A stretch of DNA of 63,363 nt, counting the filler, from Folioceros fuciformis (Eukaryota), in NCBI GenBank assembly GCA_049999805.1. It is 4 parts of 3 records of this genome, joined end to end, with 100 filler letters (N's around TTAATTAATTAA, not from the genome) between each part and the next. Parts side by side here need not be neighbours in the genome. Positions count along the whole stretch, not along the records: positions 1 to 26,122 come from JBNGIO010005366.1; 3 more parts are not named here. The stretch is one strand, 5' to 3'. Position 1 is the stretch's first letter; every line of letters starts with the position of its first letter. Both the position numbers and the translations under genes were made by a program. Under the pieces are notes generated by a model. The model saw nothing but the letters and a program-made list of their open reading frames with translations. It had not been told where the DNA came from and searched no databases. Shown piece by piece: positions 1 through 13,696 of the stretch.

Positions 1-219
1 GGTGTTAGTTATCCCAGTTGGGTTCATACTAGACTAGTTCTAGTTATTAGTGAACTTAGGATAGTGTAGATTATCCCATATTGAACCTGGAAGTTGTGTA
101 GCCCTAAATGTACTACTTAAATGGAGACCTCGGACCTCCATAGTAAGACAGTGGTGATGTGTATTGTTTTCATGGTTGTGATCACCAATACCACCCTCTC
201 TTCTCTCCTCTCCTCTCCT

Positions 220-2870
220 ACACTTGCACGTAGACTGGAGTCGATCCTATTGACATCATCCATACCTTGGGTGGCAAGTGGGGTGTGCAAATGAGAGACA
301 AAGTCCGCGTTGGCATGCTGCCTCCTTGCTTGAGTTTCGATCTCGAAATCAAACTTCTGTACCTACAGCGCCCACCAGGCCAAACATTCGGATAGGTTTG
401 GTTTCTTCCCCAGGTACCGAAGGGAAAATGATCCACATGGAAGGTTACCTAGCCACCCAGCAAGTAGTGGCAAAAGTTCCTGCAGGCTTATACTACACCG
501 AGGTCTTCATGCTTCGTCGTGGAATGGTTTTGTTCAGCGTTGGTGAGTTGCCACCTCGCATGAAAGATGGGTGATCCCTCCCTCTCTCATCTTAATGACT
601 GAGAATGGCTCCGATGGCATAAGCTGAAACATTGACACAAACGTGAAACCTCTTGTCCCAATCAGGCCATCAAAAGGTCGGGGCTTGGACTAATGCCTTC
701 TTTAATTGTTGAAACGCCCATTGCTGGTCCTTCATCCAGTCAAACACGAGGTCCTTCTTGGTCGGACTTGTTATTGGTGTGCCATTTTGGCAAATTTTTG
801 AATCAAATGTCGATAGTACCTAACCAATCCGATGAAAGCACGGACTTGGCCTACGTTTGCAAGTGCGTCTAGCTCCATAATGATTTGGACCTTCTCTGCA
901 TCGACCTCCATCCCTTGTTCTGAGACACGATGGGCCAACAAGATTCCCATGGTCATACCGAAAAAACATTTGCTCGAGTCTAGTTTGAGATCAGTTTCTT
1001 TGCAACGGAGGAGACACGAGGAAAGGTGTGCCAAATGGGTTGTCCTCCTCCCAAATAGGTAGAAGTCATTGAGGAAAACCTCCATAAATTTCTGAAGGAA
1101 GTCCTTGAAGATTGTGTTGACCACTTGCTAGAAGGTAGTTGGCGCTGCAAAGCCCGAACGCAAGCTTGGCATGTGCAAAAATCCCCCAATCGGAGGTGAA
1201 GGTGGTCTTACTCCAATCTTCTTCTCGAAATGAGATCCGTCCAAGAAGCTGTACATTTCATGCCCTGCCACCGTGTATAAAACAAAGGCGATAACAGGTA
1301 ACAAATGATGGTCCTTTTTGGCTGCCTGGATCAACTTCTGAAAGTCTTGATAGACTCAGACCTTCCCCTTCTAATTCTTGGGTACCACAACGATTGGAGC
1401 TACCCATTCATTGGTTGGAACGAGATAGATGACTCTTGTCTCGAGATACTCATCCAACTGCTCCTTAACCAACATCAAATACTTGGGGTTCAACGGGTAC
1501 TACTTGATGCGCATCATCATAGCGCCTTCCTTCAGGTCGATCTGATGCACCCCTAGCGACTCGGGAATTTCGGTTATATTTGTAGTTTTGAAGTCAAAGA
1601 CGTCCATGAAGTCCCTAAGGAGGATCCAAAACTCCCCCATCTCCTCAGGGGTAAGGCGTTTAGACACCTTGACGCACTTGCCATGCTCCAATTCTAGGTC
1701 CTCCTCAGCATTTGGATCGACGTACGTTCCCTCAAGTTGGCTCCCCATGCTGGTTTCGGATCCTAGGTCTGGCGAGTTTGGGACGTCTCCTTCCTCTTCT
1801 TTGATCAGATGAAAGCAACTTTGGGAGGTTCCAGAGGTCACATCTGCTCCCAATCCTCAATATCCATGGTCCGAGGTAATACTCTCCTGCGATGAATCAG
1901 CGCAAGATGAAGTCATTTCTTGAATTGGTGCTTTGCTCCAAGAAATGAACGCGGTCGAGCAACGGGATTCCCTTGGACATATCTTAAAGGTGAGGCCCCT
2001 TCTCTCGAAGTCGAAGACATAGGACATGCCATACAAGTAGCCATGGTGACCCAGTAGGATCTTGTACCCTAGGTCCACTATGGGTTTCATGACTAGGTAA
2101 TCCAGTTTGAACTTGATGCCACCAATATTAGTGACCACCTTTCACATGATTTTCAAGGGTATCTTTCTAGAATGATCAGCCATTCGGAGGAAAATTTGGA
2201 CGGGTTCGTAGGATCCAAATCCAAGCTAATGCACAGCTTCCTTGGTCATGAGGTTGACCTGGACTTCATGTCCAAGGGTACTCCGGAGATCATACATCCT
2301 ACAATCTCCACGTGAATCTCGAGTGACCCTAGATCTACTGCCCAAAGAACTTGCACATCTCCCTCCTTAGGTAGCCATCGCTCTCCGCCATTCTTGGCTT
2401 CTCGTACCATATTTCGGGAACGAGGGCTTACTTCCAATAGTTGCTGAAGGTTGATGATGAAGCATTTGTTCAGGAGATTTGTAGTTTGTTGTGTGATCTG
2501 TGTGACGAGCTCACACCAAAGCTCCACCAGAGCTGGGGCCCCCCCTTTTGCCTCGGGTCCCAAGGCCATCGGTGCACTGGCCGTTCCCTTTTTGGCGCCC
2601 TCTTGAGTGAAGTTCCGGAGGCAAAGCCATTTGCTTTTGAGAGGACAGACTTGGTTGGTAAGCTAGTTTGGGAGATTGCTGCTCTGGAGTAAATTGGTGG
2701 CTGCCAGCTTTGGGGCGTCCCGGTCTGGCACCTCGGGTCTCTACTAGCCCGACTAGAGATTCCTCTTGGTCATCCCAAGGCCTCACATCTGGCTATGCCT
2801 GAGGTTCCAACATTGGTGCCTATGTTTCCTCTACAACCAGACGTATTGGTGATGAGGCAAAGGTCGTCAT
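220..2870 (-). mobile_element. Decayed Ty3/gypsy LTR retrotransposon, pol part (protease-RT-RNase H)
   Basis: Minus-strand fragments: RT (771-1124 FMEVFLNDF...KCFFG...LLAHRVS...VRAFIGLVRYYR; 1128-1334 GHEMYSFLDG), RNase H (~400-700, YLLGG*VTFHVDH) and protease-region pieces (1857-2569). PR-RT-RH order with many stops and frameshifts. Confidence 0.85.
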
Positions 2871-2875
2871 GAATT

Positions 2876-3135
2876 TGTTACGAAATGGATAATCTGCCCG
2901 TAACCCTGCTGACCAGCTAGTTACCGTATACCGTAATTAATAGTATTTAATAATTATGAACGGGTGTGCCTCTTTGGAAGAGACACCTAGTGACATTATT
3001 TAAGACACACTTTGTATACACTTTTTAGAGACTAACATGAAATATCTCTATGAGCATTGCATCTTGATCATATTGGACTAGATGCAATCCTAATCATGCT
3101 AGATTAGATGTAATCCTACTGCTAGGATTTCAACA
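2876..3135 (+). repeat. 5' LTR of the gag-protease-only copia element
   Basis: TGTTA...CAACA termini; direct repeat of 5886-6143; followed immediately by the PBS. Confidence 0.93.
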
Positions 3136-3148
3136 TGGTATCAAAGCC
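3136..3148 (+). promoter_or_regulatory. Primer-binding site (tRNA-iMet)
   Basis: TGGTATCAAAGCC directly after the LTR; one mismatch to the canonical TGGTATCAGAGC. Confidence 0.88.
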
Positions 3149-5885
3149 TTGGCTCACATGGTCTTCTGATCATGGCTAGAAACATGTCACTGAGGTTGCG
3201 CAAGCGATATCCAAAGGTTTTTGAGAACCTTACTTGCTTGCCAATAGATCTTCTTGACGAGTTTTCCGGCTCTGCCAAATCAATCATGCATCAAATCATG
3301 ATAGTTTTCTTTTTTCGTTCAAATTACGAGAAGAATCTTGCAGATGCTAGTCGAGACCTAACGATTTAGGATAGGGAAAATCTAAGCTAGAAGAAGGTTG
3401 TCTGTTCTAGAATGTCTAGGAAACATAGTGCCTAGGCTTAGAAAATGCTATCAAAATTTTCCCTTTGAAAAAAAAAAGGGAGAAAGACAAAGATGAGTGC
3501 ACCAAAACAAGTCTCCCATCCGAGTGCTGATCCGACCCCAAGATGCTTAGCTCTAGAGTTTTGAAAGATCATAGGCTACCCTCTCTACTCTCCTTCAACA
3601 TGATTTTAAGGTGTATATTGTTTGTACATATCAATCGCTGGGAGCGTAAACGAAACCAAGGAGGATCTTTGGGCACACTGATCAGAGGCGCCGATGCCCC
3701 GTTCACAGCGATTTCAAGCTAGGGCTGGTCACGCCTACAGGGCGCCCTTCCTCTGCATCTTCCTGTCGATCGATCGCCTCAGGATCGTCACAATTGCAAG
3801 AGAATTGGCCAAGGATTTGGGCCCAATCTTGAGCACCTTGCTTCCTAAAATCCAGCAGATCTAGCCCCCAATTCTGTGATTTCAGGCTCCAATTCTGAGG
3901 ACAGAAGCACCCCAAGGCATCCAACCCTCAGGGTGCCAGTATCTGGAGGCATCAGGGAGGACAAGCTCGTTCGGGCGCTTGCGGTCGAGCGGGAGCTCGC
4001 TGTGGAGGCTGCCCACCTCGCCGTGGCAGCGTGCGTGCCCGAGGAGGCGCGGCCACCCGCAAAACAGCGGGCGCCGCAAAAAGACAACTTAAGTTGCCTT
4101 TTCGCAGGAGGGCCTAATTTAGTGCCCCCTGCCAATGTGAACCCGGTCTTTTTGGGCACCGGTTTGGAACCGGTTTTGATTTGTGCCGGTTCACACTTAC
4201 CTGCCTCCAATCGACTTCCTTTTTGAGCTCAGATTATTGATCCCTTCCCTGCATGCTTGTGATTTAGCTTGGGCCACAGGGTGGACACATCTTCCGAGCA
4301 CCTTAGATCCTCATCATGATCATGATCCACCTCTAAAGATCGAGCCTCCTTCGCCTATTGCTGAGCATCTCCAAGGACCCCTTTTTCGACCCAGCAGAGG
4401 AGCTGATAGAAGCAAACACCTCAGTCAACACGTCGACTCTCTAGGATCAACTCGCTTTCAATTAACGCTCTTGCTGCCATGGCTAGTACTTTCTCCACCA
4501 GCCCGACCACATCAGAGAGAAAGATCGATTCAACGGCTAGCACTACCCTGAGTGGCGCATTCGGATGAAGTCGATCCTTTTTGGCCGAGGCGTTTGGAAG
4601 ATCATCGACGGCACCCTTCCAAAGCCTGACCCTTCTGCCACTCCACCCCGACCAGTCGCTGTCGTTAAGAGATGGGACTATTTGAATGGGATAGTTGTGG
4701 CACTCCTGATCAGCGGCCTGGATTCAAGTCTTGTGCCTAGTGTTGAATTTCCCTCAGATGCATCTGCTATCTGGGACCAGTTGTCTAACACCTACAATGT
4801 TAACAATGTCCTAACCTTGTATAGTATAAGGTAGGAATTCAACTCCTTAAGGATGAAGGAGATAGATATGATCTCTGCTCACACCTTGAAGTTCAGACAA
4901 CTGAGAGGGCAGCTCGCCTCCCTTGGCTCAACCATTTCAGTGACCGATGCTACTAGAAAGCTGCTAATGAGCTTACCACCATCTTACCAGAATTTTGTTA
5001 CTAGCTTGATGTTGGTATCAACTCAGGGTAAGCCGGGTACCGCCCCCACTCTAACAGTGGAGGACATCATCGGTTCTCTGTATTAGCAGGAGCAAAGCCG
5101 CTTATGTTTTGCAGGAGGGTCCAAGCGCGAGCCAGACAAGGTGCTTTCCACCCGCTTCAAGCCCGAGAGGAATTCGAAGGGCGAGGCAAACTTCACCCCT
5201 GAAGATGACTCAACCTTTGCCCCTCCTCACCGAGCTGGAAACTGCAATTGGTGTGGAGCTGCCGGCCATTGGGCACGAGAGTGTTGCAAGAAAGAGGCCG
5301 GAGAGCCGCAAAAGGCTGACTTTTGACAGGCAGCCAGTATTGCAATTAAGGGGAATGCTAGCACAGTGGAGACAAAAACCGTAAAGATACTTATGGTTTG
5401 CCTCAACACCTAGTTGCATGACGATGCGGGGTGGTATATTGACAGTGGAGCCACCGCCCACACATGCAACGATCTTACTCTATTCACCAAGCTGGATACT
5501 TGTCCTCTCAAGGAAAGGGTGTTACTCGGTGAGGAATAGAGTAGATCCAACCTGCCAATCATGGGACAAGGCACTTGCAAATTTCCCCTTAAGGACAGTT
5601 CAGTGCTTACCTTGGAGCCTGTGCTCCTAGTCCCATAGATGGGCAAGAACCTGGTCTCCATGACTCAGCTGCTGAAGCAAGGCGATCTTAAGATTCTTGC
5701 TTCAAGGGGGTCATGCTACCTTTTCAGGACCACAAATCCTAACTTGTGCCTCTTCAGTGCCGTGCCTCAAGACGGCATGTACAAGCTCTCATTAGCCTTC
5801 AGAGGGAGCGCATCAAAGAGGAGCATCGCGCTCCATGGGAGATAGCCTCCACCACTAGTCAGGTGACGTTCAACTTAAGAGGGAG

Positions 5886-6143
5886 TGTTACAAAATGGAT
5901 AATCTACCCGTAACGCTGCTGACCAGCTAGTTACCGTAGACTGTAATTAATAGTATTTAATAATTATGAACGGGTGTGCCTCTTCGGAAGAGACACCTAG
6001 TGACATTGTTTAAGACAATTTGTATACACTTTTTAGAGACTAACATTAAATATCTCTTTGAGCATTGCATCTTGATCATATTGGACTAGATGCAAACCTA
6101 ATCATGTCAGATTAGATGCAATCCTACTGCTAGGATTTCAATA
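5886..6143 (+). repeat. 3' LTR of the gag-protease-only copia element
   Basis: Preceded by the PPT; copy of 2876-3135 with roughly 15 differences counted by eye; terminal CA mutated to TA; followed by TSD GAATT. Confidence 0.93.
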
Positions 6144-6148
6144 GAATT

Positions 6149-7997
6149 CCACAGCGGGGCCTGGTGTTTCCAAAGGATCTGAGAACCGCACCCCTGGCAT
6201 GGAGATATGGTGTAGAGTATCCCAAAGCACCGTGAGTCACCCACCTTGTGCCCCAATTCCTTGTAGGTTTGGCAGAACGACACATAACTCACCTGCCTCC
6301 GAGGTTTTGTGCATTCCTTGGCATAATGTTCGGTGGCACGGTAGTTGTAGCAATGCCTTGGCGGAATTCAGAGAGGGTAAGGGGGGGGGGGGGTTTTGGT
6401 TGGAGTCCTGCTGTCACTTGCCAGGGAGGTGGGATGTACTCTGTATCTCATAGTGGTGGGGGCCGAGTGTTGGTATGTTGGTTGTAAGGAAGTATGGTGA
6501 TCTTCTGCCTGTAATAGCTTGAACCTGGTAGAAGTCATCTACATATCAGTAGTCACCATGCGCGTAACCAGCCTCGACTTGTTGTATAGTAGGGCTAGAT
6601 CTCCGATCTCATTCTTGGTGCGTATGTCTAGACCACTGGCAAGTGGTGCAGTACACCTACTGCCTGCCCAAAGAGGTACTTCTCTTGCACCATTGGTTGT
6701 GAACCGCCTTAACCTCCAATCCTGCCAACCGAAAGACAGCGCATCTATCTGGCCTTCCAACCCAGCACAATGTTCTGCACCAAGATGTTGTTCTCTATTC
6801 CTTTGATGGTCCTTGCCCCACGATTCCTGTTGACCTTGGCTAAAATGTCAGGGGGAGGGGTTGGTCTCACTATCCGTGTCAAATCCTGTTTGTGATGCAC
6901 TCCTAGAGGCATCCTCATCATCAAACCATGATGAATGGCGCCCATCCCACCTTGGTGGAGTGAGACTTTGCCTCCTTTGACTTTGTCCCCAGCAACCACG
7001 ATTCAAAGTTGTCTCTCTCAGGGACTCAGGATGCCTCCTTGTCTGCACGATCTCCCACTCTTCTACCAACTGAATGGCGTTATCTAGAGTCTTTGCACCT
7101 CGTCAAAATTGGAAACTCACGGGTTCCAGTAGCCCGTGGGTGAACCAATTGACAGGCATTTCTTGCGAATAACTAGAAGTGTACGGAGTGCTCAGCCCCA
7201 CGGGGGCACATTTTGGTACTTGGTCAAGGTACCCATAGAACCGCTCCATGTAGTCATCTAGGGACTCCCTCCTTGCTCTTTTGAGAGTCCAAAGTTGGGC
7301 ATACAAGGAAAGCTCTAAAAATACTACCATGAGGCTATCCCAATCAGCCGAAGTGGTGTTCGTGTACATACAACTATACCATTGGTGATCAAATTTGCGT
7401 AGGAATCCGAGAAAAAATTCAGATCTGATCCACTACCGAATCCTCCAAGCTCGACTAGGACACATGTTCAAAAATTTGGATAAAGGATTTGGCATCAATT
7501 TTTTGATGCTGGTCTCCAAACTTGACATAGGCTTGCCGAGTATGTGGGTGTCCTATTGTTGTCATGCCAAAGTTATCACGGCCCTTTCTAGGGAGACAGC
7601 GTATGGCGCGGCTGATTGCCATGCCAGACAGTCCTACTTGTTCCTTGGCCCTTGGTACTTGAACAAGTTCTAGGAAGCCTATATAAGGAACCACCCCCCC
7701 TATATCTATAGAGTGAGGAGTGATCAGTCGGAGAGGAAGGAACCATGGACTTAGGCTGAAAAGGGAGGTAGTTGTGACTCAACAACAATTGGGGAAGATG
7801 GACTGCTGTTGTGGAGTGAGGAACCGGTAGCAGAACCCTCGGGTGATAGTGGAACCCAAAGTGTCTCGGACAAATGGAAACCCTAAGTAGGGACCCAAGA
7901 GTCTCGGGGTATTTTTGAAGTGGAGCCCAACTACAGTGGGAGAGGCGTCGAGGAGCGAACTTGGCGGACCAAACGCAGGGTGCAAGCAAACGCACTA
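6149..7997 (-). mobile_element. Decayed Ty3/gypsy element, gag and 5' leader (continuation of 220-2870)
   Basis: Minus-strand gag fragments (7103-7369 DWDSLMVVFLE...ESLDDYMERF) and a degenerate zinc knuckle CYNYRATEHYAKEC (~6310-6355). Possible PBS TAGTGCGTTTGC at 7986-7997. Confidence 0.7.
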
Positions 7998-10900
7998 TGT
8001 TGCATAATAAAGCTTAGCAGCCATTTATGTAACAAACCAAAAACCCCTAATAGGGTTAGGGCACACAACGAAATGTTATTCAGTTTAAGTCTCTTCTAGT
8101 TGTGTTCCTTAAATATAGTTATTAATTAAGTTAGGTTATAAAAACGGTTACAACACCTCTAAATGTTTTTCTCATGACAACGTTTCTATTTTCTAATTCT
8201 ATTATGCTTTTGCTCCAAGCTTGCGTGTTTCCATCATGCCAGAATGCTGCGTGCATTCTTTATGGTATCAGACCACAAGAATACAAGGCGGCTAATATCA
8301 CACATGAATTGATGTCACAAATGGATAATCTTGTGCAGCCTACTGGTGCTACACTACGCTATGCATGGAGACCGAAGTTATTTAAATTCTGGTCTTTCGT
8401 AGCACCTCTGCTACAATGTCAAACAACATCTATCAGTATTGCATATTCTTGAGTAGCAATGACAAGAAACAGCAAGGGTAGACCTTGTAGATGTGTTTGG
8501 CCACACACATCACATTATCTACATAGCTGTTGTAGCACTAACTGCTACTCTACTTATGATTAGTTTGCATCACACCAGCAATCCATTAATCAATGATAAT
8601 CTTTGTCTTGTTTTCAAAACAAAACTCAACACTACAAGACATTGAGCAGTCTATTAGCGCCTGTTAATTATAGAATCCAAGCCCTAGGACAAGAGGCTTC
8701 CAAGCACTGCTGTAATGTAGATACCGAGATCCAAGTTCTACATAAAACCATAGGTCAATTACAGAAGAAGGTCGCCCTCTTAACCAGTTTGGTATACAAA
8801 GGGTCAACATATAATTCAAATAATACCACCGACATGGCACATAAATCTTACAAATCACTTTCTTTACCAAAGAATCTTGCCTCTTTTAGACCTATCCTAG
8901 AGCCTTTGGAATGTGTCCTTAGTAGTCTAGCCACTCTCTTTAGGTTAGGTGACTCAGACCTTGAATCACTCTTGACCTGCAAATCATATAGCACATCATA
9001 ATTAGTTAGTCAATCTATCTTTTCTCATCTCTGCAGATATGGCAGCTTCTACTAGTACAAATGTAGTTCATACAACTAAGGTCAAGATAAAGGATGGAGA
9101 CCATTTTAACGGGTCCGACTACGCATTCTAGCGAATGCGGATGACAACCATCCTTGAGGAGCATCACCTCATGGACATAGTTGATGGGTCTTTGTCCCAA
9201 CCAACTATGTTGGCATTTGCAACAGGAAAAATGTCTAGAAATGTTATTTCAGCATGGCATAAAAAGGACAAAAGAGCCCGAAGCATCTTACTATCTGCGT
9301 TAGATAGAAATATGATGCATTATACACAAGGACAACTTACCTCGGCAGCAGTATGGAAGGTTTTTCAAGAGATGTTTGCCGCCAAGGATGCTATGTCACT
9401 TGTCAATGCTACCCCTACATTTTACTCACTCCGTATGAAGGAGTCTAATATTGTTGAGCACCATGTGCATCGATTCCACACACTTCGTGCAAGATTATTA
9501 TCTGCAGGGGCAACTTTGACAGAACTGGAGGCAGCAATGGCCCTCCTCACTTTTTTTGCTCATAAGTTACAGAACTTTCGTAAGTTCACAAGCATCCATA
9601 ATCAGACAAGTAGTGCAAGCTATAGCTTTTGGTGGTACATGTGGGTGCCCTATTTGAAGAGGAGTCCAGCAGGACCGAGGTTGGATGTTCTGCTTCACAT
9701 TCACAACAAGTATTATTTATTACCAGAGGAAAAGGTAGAGGCCGTGGAGCCTATAGACCTGATAATCCACCAAGGCGTTTGTATGTGGGACCTCCTAGTT
9801 CTGCAGTACGATGGGTCAAAGGGCCCTGCAATTGGTGTTGATTTCCAAGCCACTTCGAGTATGAGTGCCGAAAGAAATTGGATGGGGAGCTAAGGCATCT
9901 TGCACCATTAACAAATGTGGTTGTTAGGCCATCTACAACTAGCACGAAGGCACCGACTATACTTGCCATTTGTCTTACTCTTACTGAGGCAGACCGTGGC
10001 ATGTGGTTTTTGGATTCCGAAGCGTCTAATCACATATGCCAATCTCATGACATGTTCTGCTCCTACACCATATCCACCATACATCAATTTGTCCTTTTAG
10101 GGGATGATAGTGGCCTATCGATTGCCAGCATAAGCAAAGTCCTACTCAAGTTAAACTACAGACACGAGATACTACTGAAGAGTGTCCTTCATGTCCCTAG
10201 CAAACGAAAAACCTCTTGTTTGTACATAACTTAGTTTCAAACCACAACCTCCTAGTTACCTTTACACCCAGCTCCTGTAAGGTGACTTTTGCAGGTGATG
10301 CTTCCCTTATATTGGCTGAGGGCCTATCATATCACGACCTGTACAGCTTGCACACTACAGCAACTCATCAACAAACTTATATGGCTGACGCTCAACCTGG
10401 CATCAACAACACCTTTATGTGGCACTGCCATCTATGCCACCCTAGTCATGCATATGTTAAACGTGTTGTTGATGGAAAGGATTATACAAAGATGGTCTTA
10501 CCATGAAGACCGCATATTCGTTCTTCTGTGAAAGCTGTCAAGTCGGAAAATTTTTGCAGAAGCCATACAATAATCAGTTCCCTACCATGGCCACTTCTTT
10601 GCTTGAAGTTGTCCACTCTCATATATGTGGCCCAATATCCACCACTTCTTTTGGTGGGGCCTCATATTTTCTTACCTTCTTGGACGAGTGGAGCCGTTTC
10701 TACCATGTCTATTACTTGAGGAACCATCATGAAACATATGCAAAATTCATTGAATATGTGGCCATGGCAGAGGTACAAACAGGATCTGTCATCAAGCGTT
10801 TCTGTAGTGACAATGCAAAGGAATATCTCATTAATGACTTCACATTGTTCTGCAAACAGAAGGAAATTATCCATCAGTTAACAGTTCCTTACCATCCCCC

Positions 10901-13366
10901 TTAGAATTCCTATGCTGAGCGCTACAATCGAATTTTGCAGGAATGCACTCGAGCAACTCTTACCCTAGCTGGTTTAACTCGGGGTTACTGGGCTGAAGCT
11001 ATGGATGCAGTTAATTATGTTGCCAATTTGTTACCATCAAAGCCCCGTATGACACCACTCCATATCAGCGCTGGGCTGGAAATAAGCCATGTATAATCCA
11101 TCTTCGTATTTTTGGTGCAGCAGCCTACACATATATACCTGCAGACAAATGACACAAAATGGACAATAAGGCTCCAAAGCTTATCTTCGTCGGCTATTCC
11201 AAAATTGTAAAGGGATATAAGCTTTTTAACCCTACAACAAGAGAACTTCCATTGGCTCGTAGTGTTAGCTTTAATGAAGTGTTTATTCTCCAATCTCACA
11301 CACGTTCCATCACCAGTCATGATCCTCTTGCTTTAGGATCAATATACGGTCACTCCTCCTTGGTTGAACCATCTGATATGCCTATAGACATTGTTAATTA
11401 TGATGAAACAAAACTCTCAACATTACCTGGTGATTCGTCAGAACATGAAGATATTACTGCAGTTGTAGCTGATCCAGTAGCTGCTGATGATTTTCAGGAC
11501 GTCCATGAAGATGTTTAGACAACTCAGCAGCCTAAAGATAATACAAGTGGAGAACTATTAGATAGCCTGGACAGCCTGGACATCCAAATGGATCTTTCTG
11601 AATCCTCCAACACTATCAATGTTCAAGACACAAGTAATCCCCTAGAAACGACACCAGACCAACAACCAGTACCTCTTTGGCGTTCATCTCACCCTCATAG
11701 ACCACGTTCTGCGTGGCTTGACCTGGTTTATGTCCCTGGTGACTCTTTCATCACTTGCCCCACAGTGGACGTTGTTTCCTCTAATAATCCGCGTCAAAGC
11801 CTTGCACACATGACCAAACAAGAACATAGTGCATTAGTTGTTTTTGATCCTCGTGACACTCCTCTCACTTACCAGGAAGCCATGCACTCTCCCCAGAAAT
11901 TACAGTGGCAAAAGGCAATAGCTTCTGAATACCAGTCTCTCATAGAAAATGATACATGGAAGCTGGTTGACTTACCTGTAGGTCGATGAGCCATCACTTG
12001 CAAGTGGGTCAAACTTAAGTTGAACCCTAATGGATCAGTTGCAACGTACAAAGCCCATCTTGTCGCAAGGGGTTACACGCAGATCTATGGTATAGATTAT
12101 AACGAGACGTTCAGTCTTGTTGTTAAGCCCACGTCCATGCGGATCCTGCTTTGTTATGTTGTTCAACATAATCTCCTTGTCCATCAACTGGACATTAAAA
12201 CAATATTCTTGAATGGGCCCCTAGACGAGGTCATTTACATGCATCAGCCTGAAGGCTATATTATTGACGCAAGTAAGGTATGCGAACTAAACAAATCACT
12301 TTACGGTTTGAAACAGTCAGCAAGGATATGAAATGGTCACGCTGATAAGAAAATTCGAGCTATGGGGTTTACTCTCCTGACTCAGATTGCAGTGTGTATA
12401 TCCTACAAAAGAACACTCAACTATATATTATCGCTTTATATGTTGACAACAACTTTATATTTGCCAGCAACAAGGATATACTTACCAATATTAAGTCTCT
12501 TCTTTCTGAAGAATGGGATATGACAGATGTGGGACCCCTTCATTTTGCCCTTTGGATTCAGTTCCATTTCAATCACCTAGACTCCTCTATCCTCTTGCAC
12601 CAAGAGCATTTCACTTTACGTGCTATGTAGATTCAGATTGGGCATCAGACAAGAATACTAGGAGATCAGCCTCAGCCTTTTGCGTGAAGTTGAGTGGAAA
12701 TCTGGTAAGCTGGTCATCAAAGAAGCAATCTGTCATTGCCCTATCATCGACGGAGGCAGAGTATTCAGCAGTTACATTTGCAGCTCAAGAGTTGATGCAT
12801 ATGAGGTCATTGCTAGAAACACTTGGACATGACTAGAAATTACGTTCATGTATCTAGTGTGATAATCAATCTGCAATAGCCATAACAAAGAATCTTGTGG
12901 CACACTCATGGACAAGACACATAGATGTTAAGCAACATTTTATTCGTAAGGCAATAGAAGATGATGTGCTTGAGCTGAAATACATTAGCTTGAGTGATAA
13001 TATGGTAGATCAATTAACAAAGTCACTTTCCAAGGAGGCACATTGGAAACACACTAAAGCGCTAGGTGTTATAGCATTTGAAGAACAAGACCCAAGTGGA
13101 GTTGAGGATGATATGCAGCAAACTAGTTTAAGTGGGAGTAGAAAATGTAATGATTGCAGCCTAGCTGCAGCATAGCATAGACAAGTAAAGTAGGAAAGTG
13201 AATATCTAGAGTTAATAATTAATGAGATTTCTATAGGTCCCATAAACCAAAACCTAAATTGTAAATAACTATCGGGTACATTTAAAAAGGTGCCTGACCA
13301 CGAAATGACTACCGTTTGCTTTTCTACCACCTTCTAGTCTTGTATACAAAAGGAGAGATATTTCTA
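7998..13366 (+). mobile_element. Decayed Ty1/copia retrotransposon (gag-PR-INT-RT-RH) with non-matching terminal sequences
   Basis: PBS TGGTATCAGA at 8263; gag 9135-9893; protease WFLDSEASNH; integrase 10503-10904; RT 11588-12630; RNase H YVDSDWASD...WSSKKQSVIALSSTEAEY; PPT AAGTGGGAG ending 13138. Many stops and frameshifts. Confidence 0.85.
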
Positions 13367-13696
13367 GAGTACAAGCGGGAAGTGTGCAATGCGGGTCTCA
13401 CGAACGTGTCCCATTCCCACTTTTGCACTTTGTGGAAAACGTACTTCTCGAAGATTAAAATTCCCAAGAGTAGCCGATTCTAGAAGTGTGTTAAATGTGA
13501 GACATTGAAATTGGCGATTGAGAACACCAACGACCGCTGACAACAAGGTATGTTATTGTCAACAATTCCTTCCTGTCCTGTCTATTAAGCTTTGCTGGTG
13601 AATCAAAAGGTGACGCGCCCCATGGCACACCACATCAGGTTCATTAGGCAACCCGAAGATGATTGAATGATGCCGCCTTCGTGCGCTAAAGATGAT

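Larger units (their letters stand above)
2876..6143 (+). mobile_element. Non-autonomous Ty1/copia LTR element carrying only gag and protease (TR-GAG-like), nested in the gypsy element
   Basis: Two ~260-bp LTRs (2876-3135, 5886-6143), TSD GAATT at 2871-2875 and 6144-6148, PBS TGGTATCAAAGC at 3136 and PPT CTTAAGAGGGAG before 5886. Gag (4565-5086), zinc knuckle CNWCGAAGHWAREC and protease WYIDSGATAH are present. No INT, RT or RH. Confidence 0.92.

Noticed and set aside
3-188. Possible solo LTR (TG...CA) at the window start
   Set aside because: There is no second copy in the window and the left flank is missing, so a TSD cannot be tested.
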